A DNA stretch of 64,000 nucleotides from Camelus dromedarius (lineage: Eukaryota): assembly GCF_036321535.1 (NCBI RefSeq), contig NC_087437.1:11596001-11660000 (forward strand), written 5' to 3'. Below the pieces are notes generated by a model. The model saw nothing but the letters and a program-made list of their open reading frames with translations, was not told the DNA's origin and ran no database searches. The position numbers and the translations under genes were made by a program. Of the stretch, positions 51,067 to 63,728 are shown piece by piece (the stretch's first letter is position 1; the number at the start of each line of letters is the position of its first letter).

Positions 51067-51894
51067 GGAAAGAACTAGTTTCTTTGTTGTGGTAGGAGGC
51101 TAGGACGTATTGGAGAGTAAGTAGACATCCTGGCCTGGCTGATGACAGCCAGGCGTGTGTAATATAGCTGTTCCAGGTATTGTCCTAAATACTTCACATA
51201 TTTTTAAAAAATTTGCCTAAGAGCTCTGTGAAGCAGTATTGTTATGCACTCCATTTTTCAGAGGTGGAAACCAAGGCAGAAGAAGATCAAATAATTTGCT
51301 CAAGGTCAGGTCAGGGCAGTTGTGGCAAAGGCCGCTCTCTTAACCAGCCCATCGTGCTCCAGGTATGCAGGAGAGGGACTCACAGGGCAGGCACCTTAGT
51401 CTAGAATGTGTGAACGTGTCTAGAAATCATGAAATGTCTCTCTAGACCCTCACTTAAGGGGCTGTTGTGCACTGGGACAATCTGAAGAGGCCTAAATAAA
51501 ACACGCATGCCACCAATTAGAAACCTAGAAAATTCCACAATTACATTCTCTCCCCTTGTTTTCCAACTGCAGGTAGCAGATTCAGAGGTCCCTGGGCAGG
51601 AAGTGGTAAACTGCATGTCTGGACCCCTTCATCACCACACAGAGGAGAACGAATGCTCACACTGAACTGCTGTGGAGTTTGGAAAGTCGACTTCTGTTGT
51701 GTTAAGCCACTGAAATGTGAAGGTTTATTTGTTGCACTAGTTAGTGTTCTCTCAACACACTCATCAGCCAAGCCAAACTCTGCCAGAGCATAAACCACCT
51801 TTGCTTTTAACAGATACCGTTAAAATAATAATGAGATAGGCTTAAAATGAACTATCAACATGTGTAAGGCTCCAAAACCAAATGTTATGTTAAA

Positions 51895-52490
51895 AAAAAA
51901 GTTCAGTGACAATTTTTTTAATTGAAATGCAACTTATGGAGTAGTAAAACAGACAAGTCCTAAGTGCTGTTTGATGAAATTTCATGTTTTTATACCCTTG
52001 TGTAATCACCACCTCGACAAAATAGAAGACATTTCCAACAACCCAGAAAGGGTCTCTGTATCTTTTCTCTCTTGGTAACCACTCGCTTCTAGAGGGAAAT
52101 GCTATTTTGACCACTGTCACCAGTTACTAGCTTTGCCAGTTCTTTGTTACCATATAAATAGAATCACGCTCATATCTGGTTTCTTTTACTCAATGTAATG
52201 TTTCTGAGATAAATCCATATTATGGTGTGGATTAGAAAGGCTTTCTCTCTCTTTTAATTTCTATTTGATATTTAATCAGATATACATAAGATATCTATAT
52301 GATATTTAATATATATATACACATATATACACTTACTGCAATTTGCTTTTTCATTCTACAATTAATGTACATTTGGGTTGTTTCCAGGTTGAGACTATTA
52401 CGAATAACAGCTATGAAAATTCTTGAACAACTCTTTGTGGATATGTGCACTCATATCTCTTGGGAATATGTTCAGGAGTGGCATTGCTGT
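51895..52490 (-). mobile_element. Old L1M 3' fragment
   Basis: cttgtgtaatcaccacc..agaagacatttcca..ccagaaag; tggtttcttttactcaatgtaatgtttctgaga; acatttgggttgtttccag. Confidence 0.8.
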
Positions 52491-53659
52491 CTCATCTTAT
52501 ATCATTTCTTAATCAATCTATTAAGGCTCTCTGAGGTGTTAGCAAAATTATGAGCAACTAGAAGATGGGCAATTAGCGTTTGCTGACTTTTGTTCATTCT
52601 TACAGTTATCACAAATAAAATATTTAAATAAAGTCATGTGGAGTCTAACTTGAGTGAATAAAACTTATCAGTATCTGAAAAATCTCAAAATAATCCTCAA
52701 AATAATCTGAAAATCCTCAAAATAATCAGTATTCAAAACTAGTATTGCCTTATGTAGCAATTACAAGCTCTGTTTGCAGCCACCAATCAATTCCTATGAA
52801 CTAAGCCACATACTAAAAGCCTATGCAGAAATGAAGATGCTCATTAATTAAAGTGCATTCAGAAAAAGACGGGTGGGGGAAAGGGAGGTAAGAACTTCTA
52901 AATTAAATCTTAGTTTTTAGCTGCCGGAAAGCTAAATTTAAGATGAGCTAAGTAATTGCTGATTGGACAGTAAAATCTACGTTCATTGTGAGCACACGAA
53001 AGTAAAGCACATCGTCAAATTCTTTGCCAATCACAAAAGAACTCTAGTGGTTCAAGACACATCTTCCCCAAAACATAATTAAGTGTACTTCCTTTTTTGA
53101 GTTATGTTTATATGCGTCAAAAGTGGAACTGTCATTTTTAAAAATTCAGTGAAAATATTCTTTCTGTTGAGGAAGGGAATAAAATGTGTCTAACTCATTT
53201 TCATGAGGTATAAACAATAACACATATAATATGATGCCTAGGATTATGGATTTGCAGATTCTTAAAACCCCTGAATCGTATCTGCTGTGACCATCATAAC
53301 TTCAAATTTATTTGCATTTGTCAGTTTAAACCAGATTCTCAATTTGAGGTCAATACAGGTCTTATGGGCACTTCTTATTTCCATGCATTACAGCTCTCTA
53401 TTATAATAAACTTGCCTGGTCCCAAGTTTACAAAGCATTTTTAAAAAGATTCATCACATAACTGCTACAGAGGCAACTACAGAGCATGTTTTGAACATCT
53501 GTAAATGATACATTTGGAGCAAACAATCCAACCTAGAACGGGCAGAAAAAATTAAAAAGGCTTGAATTGCGATTTATGCAGATTTAGAGCAAAACCTTCC
53601 ACTGTGGTTATGTCAGGTAGAGGACTGGCTAAGGATGTGAGCTCCAGGTCTGTGTCTTT

Positions 53660-53830
53660 TCTGAACACTTTGGGCATTTACTTAGCCTCTCTGTGTCTCA
53701 GCTTCCTTATCTGTAAATATAGGGAAGATAACCACACCTGCTTGGTAGGGATGGTGTGAGGAATAACTGTGAGAGTAGAGGAACAGTGTTGTACACAGAA
53801 CTTGGCACATAGCAGGTGGTCAGTGAGTAG
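53660..53830 (+). mobile_element. MIR SINE
   Basis: tttgggcatttacttagcctctctgtgtctcagcttccttatctgtaaata...ctggcacatag-like end. Confidence 0.75.
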
Positions 53831-55019
53831 GACCTCTTATTTAGGAACAAAAATAAATTGATGGTATTTGAAGAGGTAGAAAAATGCCAAAAGCTAAAAT
53901 CTTTTCTTAAAGATATTTTTTAATAAATTAATTAACTCAACACAATTTGTAACAATATTTACAAGCTGCCCAGGCCTGGTCTGGCACTATTACAGGTTCT
54001 GGAGAGACAACAGAGAGCAGGATAATCAAATTCTTCCCCTTGTGAGGCTTCACGTCAGTGAACAGGATGTAAATTCCCTGAAAGAGGCGGGACACTCTTA
54101 TCTTGGCAAAGACTGAGCACAAACCAGATACATGGCTGCATTCAGACTTGCAGAAATAATATCTTCTGGTGACAGACTCCTTTGCTGATTTACAAGTTCT
54201 AGCCTTTAATGATGATATTTTGAAGGAAATGACTCAGTCCTTAGAAAAATCTTTTCGTGAATATTTTTTTCCATAGTGTTTCCTAACTGCAACTAAACTC
54301 TTAAGTTAAAATGCCTTTCTCTAGCATCCAGTTTCTAGAATGCCTGGATTTTTTTTTCCCCAAAGCAGATGACAATATAGTCATCCAGAAATCTCCAAAT
54401 GCTGGATGTGGCACTGATCTGATCTGATCTGAGCCATAATCATAATTACTTGCATTACTTTGACCTACTCACTCCTTTTCTGGTCATCGCATTCGTATAA
54501 ATAAATGCAAGGGATTGTACTGAGTAATTCCTAAAACCCCTCCCGGCTCTTCATTTCCAAAAGTAAATGCAATGTCATCCTCAGTTAGTGATCAGAGAAA
54601 GACCTTTATTATATGGAGAGCTCCTTTTTTTTTTTTTTAATAATATTTTTGCATTTACTGAACTAAAAACCTGGGAAATTTAATTTTTTTTAAAAGCAGA
54701 ATCTGATATTATTCTCCACTTCATGGGGTAAAAATGGTGGCAGCTTCTTTTGGGAAGAGAGGAAAGCAGTTCTTTGTTTACATATGTTTACATTACATAC
54801 ATAAGTCAAATGGCAGGAAGTGTTATTTGCCTGTTTGGATAAACTGCAGGTTGATTTGGCTTCACTGGGATTTAATTAATTAATGGCAAGAGAATCTAAA
54901 ACTTCAGGTCATCAAATGTTCTTTCTGATAGTTCTTTCAATTATTCTTACTCATTACTGCATTCATTCATGACATTCATGACATTCATTCATTCGTGACA
55001 TTAAAAATGATGGTGATGA

Positions 55020-56435
55020 ACAAAAAAATTGAACCTAGACCCAAATCTTACACAATTCACAAAAATTCACTCAAAATGGAGCATAAGTCTAAATGCAGGA
55101 TGCAAAACTATAAAACTTCAAAAAATAACATAGGAGAAAATCTAAATGACTTTGGGTACGCCCATAACTTTTTAGAAATAACACCAAAGGCACGATTTAC
55201 AAAAGAAAAAATTGATAACCTGACTTCATTAACATTAAAAACTGTTGTCCTGTCAAAGGCAATGTCGAGAATAAGACTAGCCACAGACTAGAAGAAAATG
55301 TTTGCAAAAGGCATATCTGATAAAAGGCTGCTGTTCAAAATATAAGAAGAGCTCTTAAAAATCAACAGTAAGAAAACAAACAACCCAATTTAAAAAATGG
55401 GCCAAAGACCTTAACAGTCACCTCATCAGAGAAGATGTACAGATGACAAATAAGCACATGAAAAGTTGCTTCACATCTGACATAATCAGGAAAATGCAAA
55501 TTAAAACAACTAGACACCACTACCAACCTATTAGAATAGCCAAAATAGAATGCCAAGAACTCTGACAACAGCAGATGCTGATGAGGATGTGGAGCAAATG
55601 AAACTCTCATTCATTGTTGGTGGAAATGCAAAATGGTACAGCCACATTGGTAGATAGCTTGGCGGTTTCTTACAAAACTAAACATATTCTTACCATATGA
55701 TCCAGCAATCATGCTCCTTAGTAGTCACCCAAAGGAGCTGAAAATTTATGCCCATGCAAAAACCTGCACACAATTATTTATAGGAACTTTATTCATAATT
55801 GGCAAACTTTGGAAGCAAAACAAGATGGCCTCCAGTAGGGGAAAGAATAAATTGCAGTGCATCCAGCAAATGGAATAGTATTCAGCACTAAAAAATGAGC
55901 TATGAAACCATGAAAAGACATGGAAAAACCTTAAATGCATATTCGTAGAAGTGAAAGAAGACAATCTGAAAAGGCTACCTACTGTATCATTCTGACTATA
56001 AGACATTTTGGAAAAGGCAAAACTATGGAGAAAGTAAAAAGATCAGTGCTTCCCAGGGGTTGGCAGCAGGGAGAGGGATGAAATTGTGAAACACAGATGA
56101 TTTTTAGGGCAACATCTCTGTTTGATACTTTAATGATGGATACATGCCATTATATATTTGTCCAAACCCACAGAATGTACAACATCAAGAGTGAACCATA
56201 ATGGGAACTATGGACTTCGGGTGATTCGGATATGTCAATGCAGGTTCATTGATTGTAACATTGTAACCAATGTACCACTCTGGTGGGGGGTGTTGACAAT
56301 GGGGGAGGCTATGCATGTGTTGGGGGCAGGTGGTACATGGGAAATGCCTGTGTCTTTCCCCTCAATTTTGCTGTGTACCTAAAACTGCTCTACACAATAA
56401 AATCTTAATAAATAAATAATAATAATAATGATAAT
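55020..56435 (+). mobile_element. L1MC-type fragment (ORF2 end, 3' UTR, tail)
   Basis: aacctagacc..cacaaaaattcactcaaaatgga...ccatatgatccagcaatc...aaacccacagaatgtacaacatcaagagtgaacc...aaaactgctct + (AAT)n tail. Confidence 0.9.
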
Positions 56436-56896
56436 GATGAAGTATAGTTCTTCCTATGAGGATATTTGAGTTTTCTAAAGAAAGTGATGGTCATTCCCTC
56501 TCGACTAATTTTTTTAACCCTTTTAATCTCTGAGCATAAAAAAAAAATGAATTATTGGATTGACTGCCATGAAACTATTCTAGCAGGAGGTGACTCCTTC
56601 CTGGCACATTGATGCCCACTTCTTCCTTCTTCCTTTAGGCTTCACTGGAGTGTTAGGAAGAAGGCTTTGTGGCTGTTGAGGTCAGAGGAAACACCAGTAG
56701 TGAGAAATGGGGCTGAACCACTCACATTATTGCCCTCAGACCCATTAGTTAACGTCCTTGAGCCTCAGTTGTTTTCATCTACAAAATGAGAAGAATCCTC
56801 ATTACCAAGGGGATTAACTAAAATCTCACTTTCAAAATGTTGACGTGAGTTCTTGGTTCTTGGATGCTTGGTGGAGTTTAGTTTTCCTGTTTATGA

Positions 56897-57111
56897 CTTT
56901 TTTTTTAAATTTTATTGATGGATAGTCAGTTACAATGTGTCAATTTCTGGTGTACAGCACAATGTCCCAGTCATGTCTGTATATACATCTATTTGTTCTC
57001 ATATTCTTTTTCATTAAAGGTTATTACAAGATATTGAATATAGCTCCCTGTGCTCTACAGAAGAAATTTGTTTGTTATCTGTTTTTATATATAGTGGTGA
57101 TCATTTGCAAA
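56897..57111 (-). mobile_element. Camelid L1 3' end
   Basis: Closely similar to 60328-60530; TSD tcctgtttatg (56885-56895) / tcctgttcatg (57112-57122). Confidence 0.85.
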
Positions 57112-58134
57112 TCCTGTTCATGGTTGATGTTGATGCTAAAAGGCACACGAGTGGTAGGCAGAGACCTGAGACCAAATGTTCTCAAGAAAGGCCGTGGTGG
57201 GAAGGTCATAGGCATGGCCTCCAGGGCCCTGCTCCACTCCTTACTATGTCTTTGTGGCTGTTTGCACAATCAGTTTGCCTTTCAGAAAAAAAAAGACCAT
57301 ATGAAGAATAAAGAAAAAGATGGTTCTGAGGGTTGGCTTCTCCAAGTCTCAGTCATCTGTAGCACAGGAATATTGGTTTCTGCCTTTTCTGCATCCTGAA
57401 ATCAAATTGTGAGGTTCTAATGAGATAAAGACTGTGGAAAAGCATCTCCCAAGTGTACAGCATTCCATTTTTAGGTAGTATTTTTATTATCTATACTTCA
57501 GTAATTTTAGATTATATTTTTTAGATAACATACTGTACTGTTGTCTGGGGAAACCCACCAATACAGAGAGAGCTGGGTTGAGATGATATGCTTTGACCTG
57601 ATGAATCTCAGGCTCTTCTGCAAGCCAGAGGCAAGGACACAGGGACTTTGTGAATTTAAGTGATACCCAGTCTGGGTTCAAACGGAAACCAGTGTACCTC
57701 CACAAGTGAAGCATGACACATGAGCCGTTTCCTCTTCTTGTTTTGACACATACTTTAACCTAAACTCCTCAACTCTTAATGGTTCTTTTTTTCCCCCCCA
57801 TTAACTATTTTTAAATGTGACTTTTATCAATAATTCAGTTGAAAGCTCAATTCCGTTGGGCCTAGTAGGCCTGTGAAGGACTGGTGAAGACTGCCACCTA
57901 TAACTTATGCTGTGAGAGTGACAAGGGCACTGGTTTGCTACCACACCAATGGCTATTAGGAAAATTAGCCCTTGCTATTCCTCCAGCACAACAAACTCAA
58001 TTCTGCCTCAGGGCCTTTGCATGCACTGTGCTGAGCTCTCTACCTAAAATTCTCTTCCCAAATCCCTCCATGATTTCCTCCTTCACTTCACAAAGTCTCT
58101 GATGGTCAGAGGGGCCTTTCCTGAACTTCCCCTT

Positions 58135-58297
58135 CCTGCAGCATCAGGATCACTTGGGAATTTGTTAGAAATGAAAATTCTGAGTCTTCATTTGAGACCT
58201 ACTGAATCAGAAACCCTGGGGGATGGGGCCTCAAAATCTGTATCTTAACAAATCCCCAAGTGATTCTGATGCAAGTGGAAGTTTAAGCACAATGCTC
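58135..58297. mobile_element. MER5A nested in an L2 remnant (~57965-58480)
   Basis: gcagcatca..cacttgggaatttgttagaaatg.aaattct..gacctactgaatcagaaa; flanks ctcagggcctttgca.. and agtgcctgacacacagcagg..tgaatgaatga. Confidence 0.75.
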
Positions 58298-59094
58298 TAG
58301 CCCTTAACCCAGTTTTGCTCCACAAAGTCCTCATTACCATTTGATATTATAGTAGCTATTTCTTTCCTCTACTAGAATCAAGTTCTCATAGAGAGACTTG
58401 ATCACTAATGTATTCCCAGCACTCAGAATAGTGCCTGACACACAGCAGGTTCTCAAAAAAGACTTAGAGATGAATGAATGATTTGCCACTTCAGGGCTGG
58501 CACAACTTACTGGAACAGACTACGGTACAGAGCATAAAGTGTCAATGCATCATCTGAATTTCCATCCTGAGTGACATGAACAGGTGGACAACTTAGAAGG
58601 GATTCAGAGCAGGAATCATGTCACTCATTTTATCTAATTCTACCAAGTCAGATTCACTAAAGGCCCTACAGTTTGCAAATGCTACATCTCTGACCATAAC
58701 CTCAATCTCACAGTTCTTGTCTAGTCCCCTACCATTATCTTCAGAGCAGGGTTTCAGCAGTGATGATGCCATGACTGTGATGCCAAGAGGTCCTAAAAGT
58801 TTGGGAAGTTGGGGGCGGGCTTTAAAATTTTTTAGCAGATTTGGTTGTTGTTTTTTTTTTAACTGCATGATTTCTTGGAATATTTAATGTGCTAATTTGT
58901 TTCACAAATCTCTAAGTGCAAAATGCTTTAGAATGCAGTGATCCCCAAAAGTTGGATCAGCGAGTCCGTTTTTCATACTTTGGACCATCTTAAGAGACTA
59001 GTGAGTTCAACAAACACTGCCAACCTCACAATTACGGCCATCTGACATGCCTCGTTGGTCAGTCCCGTAGTAACATGTCACCTCTGACTTAATT

Positions 59095-59540
59095 GGGTTA
59101 GTTAGCTCTTGCTGCCTAACAAGCCACCCTCAAAGGTAATGACTTCAAGAAGAAACCATTTATTGTTTTTCAGGATTCAGGGGGTTACCTGAGCAGTTCC
59201 CTAATTTGGGTTTGGATGATCTATGTTCCTCTCACACATCTGGTGGTTGGCAGCCTGGTCAGCCTGGGGGCCCTTGGCTGTGGTGGGTCAGCTTTGCTCC
59301 TGGTGGTTTCTCATCTTCCAACGTGCCAGCCTGGGCTCTGCACATGGTGATTTCAGGGTCCAAAGACCAGCGAGAGAGCAAACTCCAAAGCACAGCATTT
59401 TTCAAGTCTCTGCTTATGTCACATTTGCTGAAGTTCCATCAGCCAAAGCAAGTAAGTCCCATGTTCAACTGAGACTGGAGGGAAGGAAAAACAGGCTCTA
59501 CCTGTCAAGGGGAGGACCTGCAGTGTCACGTTGCTAGGAT
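59095..59540 (-). mobile_element. MLT1-family LTR remnant
   Basis: agttagctcttgctgcctaacaagccaccc.caaa..aatgacttcaa..accatttatt; gccaaagcaagt motif. Confidence 0.6.
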
Positions 59541-60327
59541 ATAATAGAGACAAATGGCTGATGTTCAGAGGCACAAAGCCAGACATCTGGCTTGAGAAAT
59601 TTTAAATGAGAACCCACCTAAGACCCTTTCATTTTCCACTTGTATTTGAGCAACATCTTCACAGGTCCCTCCTTACCTCTCCCTGGCTCTTTACTCTGCT
59701 GAAGGCGCCATACCAGGAATTTTTCGGTATCAAGCCTAGCCAAATTGTTCTGCATGGCTTCAGAGATTGATACCAAAAGCCAAGAGCAAAGGTCACTGTG
59801 CATGTGGAGCTGTGAAATGGTCTTGGCATAACTTATGCCACATACTACAGTTGGAGTTCACCCTTGTTTTATGCCACAGACACAGGAAAAAAAAATAGAC
59901 TGAGGCCAAATAATACAATGTATTTGCACATGGCACAAGGTGTTCACCTTATCACAGCAAATGGAAGGAAACATGCTTTGACAATCTCTGTGCTCTTGGC
60001 AGCGAGGAAAGAAGTGTTCACACTTTGAGTTATGGGGAAGTCATTCTGGCTTACAAATAAGTTAACGTGAATTTTATGCTAATTAAAATAGCCTTTTTAT
60101 TGGAAAGTTTAATTGAATTATTAAAAGGATGTTCTTGGCTTGTTTCTGAAACTGCTCGCAGTAACCTATCTTTGGATGGAGATCAGATCCCCCATGACTT
60201 GCACCCAGGAGATTGTGCATACTGGAAAAGATATCATTTAAACACAATTTTTTCTGCAACTTAGATGGGAAAACCCTTATTAGGTACTTTTAACTAGCTC
60301 ATGCACAGTGAAACTGAAGGGAGTTGA

Positions 60328-60919
60328 CTTTTTTTTTAATTGAAGTACAGTCAGTTACAATGTGTCAATTTCTGGTGCACAGCACAATGTCCCAGTCATG
60401 CATATATACATATGTTTTCATGTTCTTTTTCATTAAAGGTTATTACAAGATATTGAATATATTTCCCTGTGCTATAGAGAAGAAATTTGTTTTTATCTAT
60501 TTTTATATGGTAGTTAATATTTGCAAATCTTGAATTCCCAAATTTATTCCTTCCTACCCCCTTTCCTCCTGATAAACATAAGATTGTTTATTATGTCTGC
60601 AAGTCTGTTTCTGTTTTGTAGATGAGTTCAGTAGTGTCTTTTTTCAGATTCCACATATAAGTGAATGGCATTTTACGGCATTTTTCTTTCTCTTTCTAGC
60701 TTACTTCACTTAGTATGACAATCTCCAGGTCCATCTGTGTTACTGCAAATGGCATTATTTTATTGTTTTTTATGGCTGAGTAGTATTCCATTGTATAAAT
60801 ATACCACAACTTCTTTATCCAGTCATCTGTGGATGGACATTTAGGTTGTTTCCATGTCTTGGCTGTTGTAAATTTTGCTGCTCTGAACATTGGGATGCAT
60901 GTATCTTTTCAAGTTAGAG
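60328..60919 (-). mobile_element. Camelid L1 3' fragment inserted in the ERV integrase remnant
   Basis: ORF2 C-terminal peptide MFRAAKFTTAKTWKQPKCPSTDDWIKKLWYIYTMEYYSAIK; TSD tgaagggagttga (60315-60327 / 60920-60932). Confidence 0.92.
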
Positions 60920-61147
60920 TGAAGGGAGTTGAATTTTGAATTTATATTTTTCACTTATAAAGTGCCTCTGTACTGGACTGGTCCATAAAGAGCTGGTCCA
61001 TAGAGAGGACTGATAAACTCAAACTCACTTTAAAACATCCATCAAGGCAGGACGAGAAGAAGATGACAACAGGGGTAGACAGCTGACCCACCAGTTGAGA
61101 CCAGGATCATAAGATGCATCCTACTAGTTCAAGTGAACTGATTGCCA

Positions 61148-62330
61148 ATGTTTGTCTCCCTATCAAAGTTGAAAGTTCTTATTTTTTTTCTAGCTATACT
61201 TTTGCCCCAATATTCAGGATGGAAAGAAAATCCTTTAGTAAAGTTGTCACAAAGTATAGCTACTGAGATAAGCCCTTCACAATATGTCTCACTGACTTTT
61301 CCAACGTTCCCAATGTCACCAGTCACCGGCCTAACCTCCACCTGGCCTAAACTTCAGGTTCACATTCTTCAACATATTAATATGTCCACCCCTTGTCTGA
61401 TGCTATCCTCAATCCTTAGAGACCAAGCACAACTTGCCCCAGGACCCCCTTGCCCTGTTCCTTACTCAGTTGAAAGATGTCTTAAAGAGAAAAAGGCAAG
61501 TAAATTATGCCAGCAACGACTATATGTTAAATGCCGTGCAAGTGACTTTTGGAAAGTCTACAAGAAAAGTGAGCCATGGTTTAACAAAGTATTGACAAAA
61601 CTTCCAGTTTATGAGGCTGTCAGTGAGAGAACTCTTCCCCAGGTTTTGTCCTGTTATATGGTATTGGAACTACTCCACCTTCCCAAGGAGGGGCACATAC
61701 ATGTCTTAATAGCTGACAAGTAGAAGGTTTATATCTATTAGGACATTGTGTTGCCCCATTGTCTGTACATCAGGAAATAGAGAGGCCTCCTTTCTCTCTT
61801 CATTACAGAGTGAAGAGATCCATGTTAGCAAGATCCCAAGATACCTGGTGGCAGAATCTTTTGGGAATCTCAGTCCCTAATGCAAGAGTATATGTCAACA
61901 AATCAGAATCGATCAGTCACCATTGGTCAAATAGCTGGGAAGACTGCAAAAGACATTTCAGCACAACAGACACCCCCAGATTCCTTAGTCCAAGTAGTAT
62001 TAGAGAATAGGGTTGCCTTAGATTTTCTACTGGCTCAACAAGGAGGTACTTGTGCTACTGCTCTTACTACTTGTACTTATATCATCACCTCTGGAGAAGT
62101 TGAGAATGACCTAGAAAAAAATTCCCCAAAAGGCAAAATGGCTACACGATGTAAGAAAAACTGATCCTTTAAATGTTCAGTTGGCTCCCCTCAGGAATAC
62201 AGTTTTTTTCTGCTCTGCTTTACAGATGATTATCATTTTCAAAATATGTATTATCATTCTTTCCTAGCTATCAAGCTACTCATGATATGTATCACTGCTT
62301 GCTTTAACGCTACTGCTAAAAGCATATGTA
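61148..62330 (+). pseudogene. env: ERV env, frameshifted (signal peptide/SU ORF, furin site, ISD, TM anchor remnant)
   Basis: Hydrophobic leader LKVLIFFLAILLPQYSG-WKEN; RVKR at 61807-61818; ISD-like LENRVALDFLLAQQGGTC from 62000; CX6C(C) missing one Cys; segments lie in different frames. Confidence 0.85.
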
Positions 62331-62458
62331 TAATGTTTATGTGACAATTCTATATGGTTATGAATAGAAGGCTTAGCACCATGGGACATGATGGACCCAG
62401 GGCAGGCAGCAACCATGCATGCTTTCCATCAAAAGATTTATGATCAAGAAGGGGGAAG

Positions 62459-62825
62459 TGGTGAAAGAAACTTTCACAAGCTGAGCTATGGGAAAGTCAT
62501 TCTGGCTTATATATACATGAACTTGAATTTTATGCTAAATAAAACAGCCTGTTTGTGGTCTATCAAACATACATTTTACATCTGCTTTAGTATAGAAGAA
62601 AAGGGCATGTTAACCAGAAATAAAGAGTGCCCATGTTAAAAATAAAGATTAGATGCCTCCCTTCCTGGGACAGCAATGCTGGTCCTCCTTGGATGATAAG
62701 ACTCCCTTCCAAGGTGCCAAGGCCACACTGACTTGCTGTGTATGTGCTGATCTATTTTTTTTAACCTTGAAGAAATGTATCCCTGACTTATTTGATCTTC
62801 TTTGTTCTGACAAGGTATAAAACGT
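62459..62825 (+). mobile_element. ERV 3' LTR (3' end uncertain, possibly truncated after TATA)
   Basis: Starts TG directly after the PPT; tataaaa at ~62816-62822; possible AATAAA at ~62859. Confidence 0.7.
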
Positions 62826-63500
62826 AACATACGCTATAAGAAACCAGGTGCAAGTCAGAATAAAGCAACGAGTAAACAACAGAATGAAATGGCAAGAGAC
62901 TACACCAGAATGTGTTCTGAAAAAGAATAGAACTAACACATTGTGAAATTCATAAAATCCTTTATCCTGTAGGATTTAGCCCCATCAAGGTTTTCCACTT
63001 TTTTTCTTTTATCATGATCCTGTATTTCAACAAAAAATAGTTTAGAGGAACATCTAATTTAAATCATTACCATGTTTTGAAGGCTGTGCTCTACGAGCAG
63101 AATACAAAGCAGAGAGAGAGCATATACTTTCACAGGTTCAAGACCATATTTAACCATCAGCGTATGTACTCTTAGAAAAGGGAAGAACACATTTCCTGGT
63201 GTGCGGTGCTGCCACATCCTGATTTCACAGCATATTAAAATTAGGAATAACAAATAAGATGGCTTGTAGGCACTAATGAACAAGTGGTCATGATTCACCA
63301 TAATGGAAATATTCATGCACTTGTGTTAATGAGATATAGAGCCCAAAGGACGAAATGTTTCCCCTCTTCTTATATCCTAAGTGAGCTCCTCTTTTAGGGC
63401 TGCTTCATCCTCACCTTTCGGAAGGATCATGATCCAATATGTAAACTTCAGACTCTCAGGGGTTTTCATGTGCCTTCTTATTTAAAACAAGATTCGAGAA

Positions 63501-63728
63501 GAGCCTTCCTCAGTCTCAGCACTACTGATGCTCTGGGCTTTGTTGTGCTTTGCATCATAGGGAGTTGGGCAGCATCCTTGGCCTCTACCCACTAGATGCC
63601 AACTGCACATCCATCCACCTCATCCTCCCCTTCCCCTCCCCCTCCCCAGTTTCTGACCATCTAAGTTGTCTCCAGACTTTGCCAAATGTCCCGTAGGGGG
63701 CAAACTCATCCCCAGTTGAGAACCACTC
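63501..63728 (-). mobile_element. MER20 DNA transposon
   Basis: gcagcatccttggcctctacccactagatgcc...gtctccagactttgccaaatgtccc..cagttgagaaccact. Confidence 0.88.

Larger units (their letters stand above)
60003..62825 (+). mobile_element. Internally deleted class I (gamma-like) endogenous retrovirus
   Basis: 5' LTR stub 60003-60094 aligns ungapped (73/92) to 62459-62550. Integrase tail HDLHPGDCAYWKR...RWENPY*VLLTSSCTVKLKGV (~60190-60326), env remnants, PPT aagaagggggaag (62446-62458). Confidence 0.85.

Noticed and set aside
52674..52727. Short tandem repeats (ctcaaaataat units; also 6794-6820, 54414-54432, 54960-55000, 60978-61007)
   Set aside because: Simple slippage duplications; no spacer-repeat structure, not CRISPR-like.
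59783..59795. DR1/HNF4-like AGAGCA-a-AGGTCA
   Set aside because: Isolated motif without supporting context; expected by chance in 64 kb.
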